From positions 92,804-156,803 of the forward strand of contig JBMONI010000002.1 of NCBI GenBank assembly GCA_049324575.1: a stretch of DNA of 64,000 nucleotides. The letters run 5' to 3'. This DNA comes from Candidatus Omnitrophota bacterium. Its GTDB lineage: Bacteria > Omnitrophota > Omnitrophia > Omnitrophales > Aquincolibacteriaceae. This document shows, in pieces, positions 57,200-64,000 of this stretch; the stretch's first letter is position 1; each line of letters opens with the position of its first letter. A program made the translations under genes and the position numbers. The notes beneath the pieces are model-generated. The model had not been told where the DNA came from and did not search any database. It saw only the letters and a list, made by a program, of their open reading frames with translations.

Positions 57200-59431
57200 T
57201 CAATAGGATTTCACCAAACCGGTGATCATATCCGCCGCCCATCGGTAAATATTATATTCCTGGACGATATTGCGAAGCGCATGCATTCGTTCTTTCTTTT
57301 CTGCCGGAAGCATGGTCAAGGCTTGATGGATCGTCTCGGCGGTGCCTTCGATATCATACGGATTGACCAAAAGCGAGCTATTGGCGAATTCATAACTCGC
57401 GCCCGCAAAGCGGCTCAGGATCAGCACTCCATCCTCATCGCCACGGGCCGCGGCATACTCCTTGGCCACGAGATTCATTCCGTCGTGAAGCGAGCTTACA
57501 AGACAAAAATCAGCGAGCTTGTAGAATTGACGGACCTTGTCCTGGCCATGATGTTCTTTGAGGAACTGGATCGGCATATAATTGCCGGACCCGTATTTTT
57601 CATTGATCTGCTTGACCAGATCGTCAACCTCTTTCAAGTGGCTCTGATAACTTGGGATCAGGGTCCTCGATGGAGCCCCGAGCTCCACAAAAACAAGCTG
57701 CCCCTGATAGGCGGGATATTTCTCGAAGAACCGCTCGATTGAGCGAAAACGTTCCAAAAGTCCTTTCGTATAATCGATACGGTCAACTCCCACCCCCACC
57801 CTTTTCCCTTCCAAACCAAGGTCACGCTTGATCTTATCCAAGGCCTCTTTTTCCCCGGCCCCAAGAGCCTTCAAGTCTTCCGAGGAGAAAGCGATGCTGA
57901 TCGGAAAAGGCCTTACATAGCTCGTATTTCCCCCTCGGCTCACGCCGAAAGTCGTCCAGTCGATCCTCGACTCCAGGGCACGATCCACCGTATCCAGAAA
58001 ATTATTACAGTGATATTGCGTATGAAAGCCGATCAGATCGGCTCCCAGCATTCCTTCGAGGATCTCGTCCTGCCAGGGACAGATCCCGAACGCCTCAGGA
58101 TTCGGCCACGGGATATGCCAGAAGATCGCGATCTTGGCATCGGGCCGGGCTTCCTTGATCATTTTGGGAAGCAGCGCAAAATGATAATCCTGCACAAGAA
58201 TAAGCGGCGGCTCATCATCCAGCTCCTCCAGAAGCGCCGCCGCAAACTTCCAGTTCACTTCCTTGTAGCAGGTCCAGTCCTCGATCCGGAAAACAGGCCG
58301 GACATGACTGATATGGCAAAGCGGCCAGAGACCTTCATTGGAAAAACCGTAATAATAGCCTTTTTCTTCCTGCTCGCTGAGCCAGACCCGCTTCAGCGTA
58401 AAAGAAGGCCTCCAGGGCGGGACCGTGATTTTGTTTTTTTTATCGACGGTCTCCCGATCGGCATTCCCCGCTCCGTGCGCCACCCAAAGCCCTCCGGTCG
58501 CCTGCATAACAGGGTCCAGGGCCGTCACCACGCCGCTGGCCGGCACAATGCATTCGATCTCATTTCCCTTTTTCCGATGGATATACGGCTCGCGGTTCGA
58601 GACCACAAAAAGCTGTTTGCCCCTGAGCTTGGTCTGCAGATAATCCTTGAGACGCTCTTTGGTCCAGATAGCGCCTTCGACATTGGCCAAACGGGACTGT
58701 TGAACGAGATCCAGGCGGGCCACCTTCAAACTCGCCGCCATATGGCTAACGCTAAGGAGCAACTTTTCGATCTCCCCCTGCGCCTTTCCCTCCGCGACCG
58801 ACGGCGCATGCTCGACCCCGAGCGCTTTTTGGACCATGGCGGCGATCCTGGCAATAGGCCCCGTTACGCTCCAGCGGATTACCCAAAGCGAAACGACTGA
58901 AAGGATGACGGCGAGGATAGAGAAGGTCAAAGCCGAGTTCTTCCAGAACTCCCGGATCTGGCTGACGATAAAGCCCCGGTCATGAATAAGCCCCAGGGCC
59001 CCTACGGCCTTTTCTCCCTGATTAAGCGGGACCGCAAAATAATTGACCTTGCGGCCCTCCCATTCCCCGTTGATATCCACGAAAATATTCTCGTCGGCGG
59101 CCCTGGCGGATTCCCTCTTAAAAAGGTCCCCTTCCGTCAATTCGGGAGGAAGCGCGATCCGGGGCCCCTCGTTCATATCGACAATGATCCCGATCAGCCG
59201 TTTGTGGCCCTGGAATTTTCCGATGAATTGCCGGATCCGCTCGGGTTGGTCGGTGCGTTCGAGGGAAGATTCGATCGCTTCCTTGAAACTCTTTGCGAGA
59301 ACCGCCGTTCGCAGCCTCAGCTCTTCATTCAAACGGCTCTCTTCTTTTTGCGCCTGGAAATAGGTGAAGCCAACGACCACCAAGGTGGTGGCGATCAACA
59401 AGGAAATGATCAATCGAAGCGTTATTTTCAC
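57200..59431 (-). CDS. otsA: Trehalose-6-phosphate synthase (GT20) with N-terminal roughly 270-aa membrane sensor-like extension (TM, exported segment, TM, HAMP-like)
   Basis: C-terminal GT20 motifs (IFWHIPWP, GFHTQYHC); N-terminus MKITLRLIISLLIATTLVVVGF... then a second TM SALTFSILAVILSVVSLWVI. Confidence 0.85.
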   Translation of the reverse strand: MKITLRLIISLLIATTLVVVGFTYFQAQKEESRLNEELRLRTAVLAKSFKEAIESSLERTDQPERIRQFIGKFQGHKRLIGIIVDMNEGPRIALPPELTEGDLFKRESARAADENIFVDINGEWEGRKVNYFAVPLNQGEKAVGALGLIHDRGFIVSQIREFWKNSALTFSILAVILSVVSLWVIRWSVTGPIARIAAMVQKALGVEHAPSVAEGKAQGEIEKLLLSVSHMAASLKVARLDLVQQSRLANVEGAIWTKERLKDYLQTKLRGKQLFVVSNREPYIHRKKGNEIECIVPASGVVTALDPVMQATGGLWVAHGAGNADRETVDKKNKITVPPWRPSFTLKRVWLSEQEEKGYYYGFSNEGLWPLCHISHVRPVFRIEDWTCYKEVNWKFAAALLEELDDEPPLILVQDYHFALLPKMIKEARPDAKIAIFWHIPWPNPEAFGICPWQDEILEGMLGADLIGFHTQYHCNNFLDTVDRALESRIDWTTFGVSRGGNTSYVRPFPISIAFSSEDLKALGAGEKEALDKIKRDLGLEGKRVGVGVDRIDYTKGLLERFRSIERFFEKYPAYQGQLVFVELGAPSRTLIPSYQSHLKEVDDLVKQINEKYGSGNYMPIQFLKEHHGQDKVRQFYKLADFCLVSSLHDGMNLVAKEYAAARGDEDGVLILSRFAGASYEFANSSLLVNPYDIEGTAETIHQALTMLPAEKKERMHALRNIVQEYNIYRWAADMITGLVKSY

Positions 59432-59611
59432 GCTAGCCTCGGCTCAGTAAAAAGACCCATTGCGAAGAAACCAGGACCCTGCTCTCGGGATCCCGGGAAA
59501 AACATGGGGCAAAGCAAGCCCCTCCCCGCTCCAACGATCGGTCGCGATGAGGACAAAAACCTCCACGCGTTTTCGTCAGCGAAAAATCTTCCCTTTGGGG
59601 GCCGGGAAAGA

Positions 59612-59899
59612 TCAGGCGTTCTTTTTCCCGAAAGCGGCGGCCACCCGGCGAAGGCTCGCCAAGCGGGCTTTTTTCTGCTCTGCGGTTCCGGTGCCCAGCA
59701 TCTGGGAAGCGGTCGCAAGCGATCTGACGTTCATGGACTTTTTCGAAGGCGCGGGATCGGAGATCTGGTACGAATCCGCATAACTTGAAGTTTCTTGATA
59801 ACCGGAAGTCGAAGACCCGGTTGAAGCCGTGTTCTCCCCGCCCCAGTTAAAACCGGAAAACAGCAAAACACAGATCAAAAGCGCTAATGTTTTTTTCAT
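59612..59899 (-). CDS. Small hypothetical secreted protein
   Basis: Signal peptide MKKTLALLICVLLFSGFNWGG; no domain recognised. Confidence 0.35.
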   Translation of the reverse strand: MKKTLALLICVLLFSGFNWGGENTASTGSSTSGYQETSSYADSYQISDPAPSKKSMNVRSLATASQMLGTGTAEQKKARLASLRRVAAAFGKKNA

Positions 59900-60028
59900 G
59901 ATATCCCCCTTTTGTGACTCGACAATTGGACTTCCAACGGCCCCTTTTATTCAAACGGTGCGAGGTCCGAACCCCCTTACTGCAAGGATTCAAGGACATC
60001 CGTCCTTCCGAAAAAGCCGGTCCCCCTA

Positions 60029-60070
60029 AAAATAAAAAACCGCCGTCCGGTTATTGCAACCAGATGGCGG
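60029..60070 (-). terminator. Rho-independent terminator downstream of pckG (CCGCCATCTGG...CCGGACGGCGG + U-tract on the minus strand)
   Basis: Read directly. Confidence 0.7.
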
Positions 60071-60202
60071 CCCGACCATCAGCTTACTACTTCCTCCGGA
60101 AGCACCCCCCTTTCCGGACCTCTTATTCGCTCATATTTCCCAAAGAGCGTGAAGGAATTCTAGCCACGGAAAATAGCCCCGTCAAGGGAGAAATAACCGC
60201 TT

Positions 60203-61972
60203 TCAGTCTACCTTAGCGGTCAATGCGCTCAACTCCTGGCGAAGTCCCTGAGGCAGCCGGTCCCCGAACTGGCTGAAGAATTTTTCAGTGTCTTCGACCT
60301 CGGCCTGCCAAGCTTCGGGATGGATCTCGAAGAGCTTTTCCAGATCTTTTGGGGGAATGTGGAGCCCTTCCAGATTCAGGTCTTTGAGATGAGGAATGCG
60401 TCCTAGAGGCGTCTCCCGGGCTTCCACCTGATCCCGCGTCCGCTCGATGATCCACTTCAGCACGCGGATATTATCGCCAAACCCCGGCCAGATGAACTTG
60501 CCGTCCTCATTGACGCGGAACCAGTTCACCGAAAAGATCTTCGGCGGATGCGTTAGTTTTTTCCCGACATTCAGCCAATGGGCGAAATAATCGCCCATAT
60601 GATAACCGCAGAAAGGAAGCATGGCCATCGGATCGCGCCTCAGCACCCCTTCCTTGTGGATCGCCGCGGCGGTCGTCTCGGAACCCGTCCGTGCCCCCAT
60701 AAAAACCCCATGCTGCCAGCTTAAGGACTCGCAAACCAGAGGAATAAGCTGGGTCCGGCGGCCGCCAAAGATGATCGCTGAGATGGGAACTCCCTTGGGG
60801 TTGTGGAACTCTTTCGACAAGGTCGGCGCGTTCAGGATCGAAACCGTAAAACGCGAGTTCGGATGAGCCGCTTTCGACCCGCTCGAGGGATCCCACGCCT
60901 TGCCCTGCCAATCAAGCAAGTGTTCCGGCCTTTCGCCGTCGAGTCCCTCCCACCACGGATGGTTTTTCTCCGTATCCAAAGCGGTGTTCGTAAAAAGCGT
61001 CGGATAGAACTTTTGGGCTTTAAGCGTTTTGATCATGTTCGGGTTGGTCTTGAGCGAAGTCCCTGGCGCGACCCCGAAAAGCCCCGCTTCGGGATTGATC
61101 GCCCACAGCCTCCCATCCGGCCCAACATTCAACCAGGCGATATCGTCACCCAACGTCCATATCTTATAGCCTGGCAAAGCCGACTTCAGCATAGCAAGGT
61201 TCGTCTTCCCGCAGGCCGAAGGCATGGCGGCCGTGACATAGGTCACATAACCTTTCGGATCCTCGATCCCCAGGACCACCATATGCTCCGCAAGCCAGCC
61301 CTCCTTGTACCCCTGCCAGGACGCGATCCTCAACGAAAAACATTTTTTCCCGAGAAGCGCGTTCCCGCCGTACCCCGAACCGATGCTCCAGACAAAATTT
61401 TCGTCGGGGAAATGCATGATAAACCGCTTGTTGGGATCGAAATCGCCGACAGAATGAAGCCCTTTGACGAAGTTCGTACTGTTACCGATCTTGGCAATAA
61501 CGTCTTTGCTCATGCGCGTCATGATCCGCATGCTCACAGCGACATAGGTAATATCGGTCAGCTGAACGCAGGCCTTGGCGTAGGGAGAATCGGGATGCCC
61601 CATCATGTAAGGAAGCACATACATCGTTCTCCCTTTCATGCAATTGACGGAAAGCTTACGCATCTTTTCCTTCGCTTCATCGGGATGCATCCAATTATTA
61701 TTCGGACCCGCCGTTTCTTTGTCGGTATGACAAACGAAGGTCAAATGTTCCGTGCGGGCAACGTCGGTCGGATGACTGCGGTGAAAATAAGCATTGGGCC
61801 AGGCATGATGGTCGAGCCGCTGGAAGACCGGCGTATTGCCGATCTTCTCCTCTTTCATCCCGATCTCGAGCAACTTCCGCGTTTCTTCCTCGGAACCGTC
61901 ACACCAGTGGATACGGTCGGGCTTGCACAATTTCGCCTGTTCTTCGACCCATTGTTCGAGCGGTGTCGCCAT
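60203..61972 (-). CDS. pckG: GTP-dependent phosphoenolpyruvate carboxykinase
   Basis: MATPLEQWVEEQAKLCKPDRIHWCDGSEEE... canonical PEPCK-GTP; RBS AAGGAGAG before ATG 61972. Confidence 0.95.
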   Translation of the reverse strand: MATPLEQWVEEQAKLCKPDRIHWCDGSEEETRKLLEIGMKEEKIGNTPVFQRLDHHAWPNAYFHRSHPTDVARTEHLTFVCHTDKETAGPNNNWMHPDEAKEKMRKLSVNCMKGRTMYVLPYMMGHPDSPYAKACVQLTDITYVAVSMRIMTRMSKDVIAKIGNSTNFVKGLHSVGDFDPNKRFIMHFPDENFVWSIGSGYGGNALLGKKCFSLRIASWQGYKEGWLAEHMVVLGIEDPKGYVTYVTAAMPSACGKTNLAMLKSALPGYKIWTLGDDIAWLNVGPDGRLWAINPEAGLFGVAPGTSLKTNPNMIKTLKAQKFYPTLFTNTALDTEKNHPWWEGLDGERPEHLLDWQGKAWDPSSGSKAAHPNSRFTVSILNAPTLSKEFHNPKGVPISAIIFGGRRTQLIPLVCESLSWQHGVFMGARTGSETTAAAIHKEGVLRRDPMAMLPFCGYHMGDYFAHWLNVGKKLTHPPKIFSVNWFRVNEDGKFIWPGFGDNIRVLKWIIERTRDQVEARETPLGRIPHLKDLNLEGLHIPPKDLEKLFEIHPEAWQAEVEDTEKFFSQFGDRLPQGLRQELSALTAKVD

Positions 61973-62144
61973 TTCAAGTCTCTCCTTTTTCAAATCTTAA
62001 GAAAATACGGCTGGTCCTTCGCCTACGGCTAGGCCTTTCGTGGCGGGGATTATAGCAATAAATCCTTCCGGCGCCAAAATGATTCTATCCAAAGCCCTTT
62101 TAAAACACGGCACGCGGCCGGAGGAGCGGAAAACGCCCTCCCCC

Positions 62145-63131
62145 TTATTTCCCGCTGGGAAGATAAGGGCATTTTTCCTTGGCGGCAAGGACCGCGCAAT
62201 CTTCAGCGCACGGGATAATGCTGACCGTCGCCTCGCACGCAGGAATATTTTCATGGAGATCCCGCTCGACGCTCTTCGCCAGCCGATGGGCTTCGTCAAA
62301 AGGCAGAGCCTTCGGCAGGACTAATTTGAGCTCGACAAAGTTATGCCGTCCTGAACTGCGGCTCCGGACATCCCGGAATTCACAGCATTGGCCGAGATAT
62401 TTTCCAAGCTGCTTCATAACCTCCATTTTCCCCTTCTCCTCCAGAGAGGCGTCCAGCAATTTGAGAAATGCCCGTTTTGCAAGACCGAAAGAAGGAAGCG
62501 AGATCAAAAAACTCACGATCAGGGTCGCGGCCGGATCAAGGTAGACCGCCCAGGGGCTGAGAGGGGTCCGTGAAAGGAGGACAGCCAGCAAAAAGGCCGC
62601 CGCAACGGTCAGAGAGATAAAACCTTCCAGCTGATAATGGACCCCTTCGGCACGGACCGCCGGAGAATCGCTGGCCCGGCCGAGCGCAAGGATCCAGGCC
62701 GCTCCGATAAAATTGACCATCGCGCTGATCACGCTGAACCCGAAACCCAGCCACGGCATCCCGATCTCCTTGGGATGCAGAAGATGCATGAGCGCCTGAA
62801 ACGACATGGCAAAGGCAATGCCGATCAGCACCATGCCTTCGAGCGCCTCGCAGACATGCTCCACCTTCCCGTAGCCGTAATTATGGAGCGGATCCGCCGG
62901 ACGGCTTGAAAGCTCCACGGAATAATAAAGGATCCCCGACACAATGAGCCCGACCACGGTGATCCCGAGATCGGCAGCGATCGCGAGCGAATTGACAAAA
63001 ACCAGCGCCGTGGCCTTCAGGACAAAAAGAAGGATATTGCCGAACAAGCTGACCTGCGCTGCGCGAAACATCAATTGGGGGTTGGGGATCCCGGAAACCA
63101 TTCCATGCTCCATTTTAAAAAAATCAGACAC
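62145..63131 (-). CDS. Cation diffusion facilitator (CzcD/FieF-type) transporter
   Basis: 6 TM plus cytoplasmic CTD; HxxxD-type sites. Confidence 0.88.
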   Translation of the reverse strand: MSDFFKMEHGMVSGIPNPQLMFRAAQVSLFGNILLFVLKATALVFVNSLAIAADLGITVVGLIVSGILYYSVELSSRPADPLHNYGYGKVEHVCEALEGMVLIGIAFAMSFQALMHLLHPKEIGMPWLGFGFSVISAMVNFIGAAWILALGRASDSPAVRAEGVHYQLEGFISLTVAAAFLLAVLLSRTPLSPWAVYLDPAATLIVSFLISLPSFGLAKRAFLKLLDASLEEKGKMEVMKQLGKYLGQCCEFRDVRSRSSGRHNFVELKLVLPKALPFDEAHRLAKSVERDLHENIPACEATVSIIPCAEDCAVLAAKEKCPYLPSGK

Positions 63132-63220
63132 GCCTTGGACGGATTTTGAGAGATTATAGATCGCTCCGCAAAAGAAAGGAAAACAATTACGGGGACCCGC
63201 GGTGACCCAGCCGCTTTGTT

Positions 63221-64000
63221 TTAAACCAGAGACGGGCCGGTTTTTCTTGCGGGTCCTTCTTGGGGCAATTGAACGGTAAAAACCGATCCTTGCCCGAGTA
63301 CGCTTTCCACTTGGATCGAACCGCCATGCCGTTCGGCGATCTCTTTGCAGATCGAAAGTCCCAGGCCGACCCCTTTTTCGGCGCTGATGGCCGGTTTGCC
63401 GAATTGTTCATAGCGGTTGAAGATCTTCGGGATATGCTCGGCCGCAATCCCGATCCCCGAATCGGAAACACGGCAAAGCCCATGCCCCGGCGTTTCCGCG
63501 ATCTCGACCTTGATGAAGCCCTTTTCCGTATATTTGACCGCATTGTTCAGCAGGTTCGTGATACAGCGGGCAATCGCATCCCGGTCCCCATGGATCAAGA
63601 CCGGTTTTTCGGGGAAGCGCGGCTCGAGCGCAAGCCCTTTCCGGGAAACATTCTTTTCGAAAAGCCTGCATAGTTCCTTCACAAGCTCTACGAGGTCAAA
63701 TGCCGTGATCTGAAGGCTCGCACGGCCGGATTCCATTTTCGCCACGTCGAGCAGGTCGGAGGTAGTCCTCAGCAGACGCGCAATACAGCTCTGCGCAAGC
63801 TCGATCAGTTCTTTTTGCAATGGCGTCAGGTTCTCGGCGTGCAGCTCGAGGAGCTGCGCCGTCACCTCCCGAAGCGCCGCGAGCGGATTCCTCAGCTCAT
63901 GGCTCACCATGTGCACGAACCGGTCCTTTAGAAGAAGGATCCTCCGGCGTTCGACCGCATAATCGATCGCACGCAAAAGCCCGTCGGAGGTCACAACTCC
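63221..64000 (-). CDS. Sensor histidine kinase, partial (N-terminus beyond window end)
   Basis: H-box HMVSHELRNPLAAL, N/G1/G2 boxes (NLLNNAVKYT, DSGIGI, GLGLSI). Confidence 0.85.
   Translation of the reverse strand, partial: GVVTSDGLLRAIDYAVERRRILLLKDRFVHMVSHELRNPLAALREVTAQLLELHAENLTPLQKELIELAQSCIARLLRTTSDLLDVAKMESGRASLQITAFDLVELVKELCRLFEKNVSRKGLALEPRFPEKPVLIHGDRDAIARCITNLLNNAVKYTEKGFIKVEIAETPGHGLCRVSDSGIGIAAEHIPKIFNRYEQFGKPAISAEKGVGLGLSICKEIAERHGGSIQVESVLGQGSVFTVQLPQEGPARKTGPSLV

Noticed and set aside
63187-63543. 118-aa minus-strand ORF overlapping the histidine kinase
   Set aside because: Different frame inside a well-supported HK catalytic domain; basic low-complexity translation.
1-64000. 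CRISPR arrays, tRNA/rRNA genes, transposases or integrases
   Set aside because: No direct-repeat/spacer periodicity, no tRNA-like T-loop/acceptor signatures in any intergenic region, and no recognisable mobile-element proteins were found.

Overview
GC-rich (about 58%) bacterial chromosomal window with almost no non-coding space, most genes on the minus strand, and several 4-nt stop/start overlaps indicating translationally coupled operons. The largest feature is not in the supplied ORF track because its stop codon lies outside the window: I reverse-complemented and translated 1..6684 by hand and found one uninterrupted minus-strand reading frame of at least 2,228 codons (start ATG at 6684..6682, still open at position 1). 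It reads as a secretion signal, a TraB/GumN/Tiki-like domain, a radical-SAM core (CPVQCAFC, GGEPL), a complete Glu/Leu/Phe/Val (glutamate) dehydrogenase and a P-loop-like domain fused in one polypeptide. A 7-nt tandem repeat lies inside this coding sequence. A second giant gene (37062..44330, 2,422 aa) encodes an exported 3x repeat N-terminus, a roughly 20-helix membrane domain and a C-terminal GH94-like glycoside-phosphorylase domain, and is translationally coupled to a signal-peptide-bearing rubrerythrin. The remainder is recognisable housekeeping (gpmA, nrdAB with NrdR-box-like operators, plsC, cdaA, rluA-family, pyk, glgX, pckG, pntAB-pntB, treS-otsB-otsA) plus a long run of ion and metal(loid) homeostasis genes. 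That run is: DUF134, a di-cysteine-pair peptide and an ArsP permease (coupled); mscL; SulP; ACR3; crcB-DUF190 behind a textbook fluoride riboswitch; amt-glnK behind a candidate sigma-54 promoter; tspO; csoR with a perfect CsoR operator palindrome, cusCBA and a YHS-domain protein; mntP; and a CDF transporter. No tRNA, rRNA or CRISPR array was seen. All calls are from reading the sequence and motif memory only; no searches were run.
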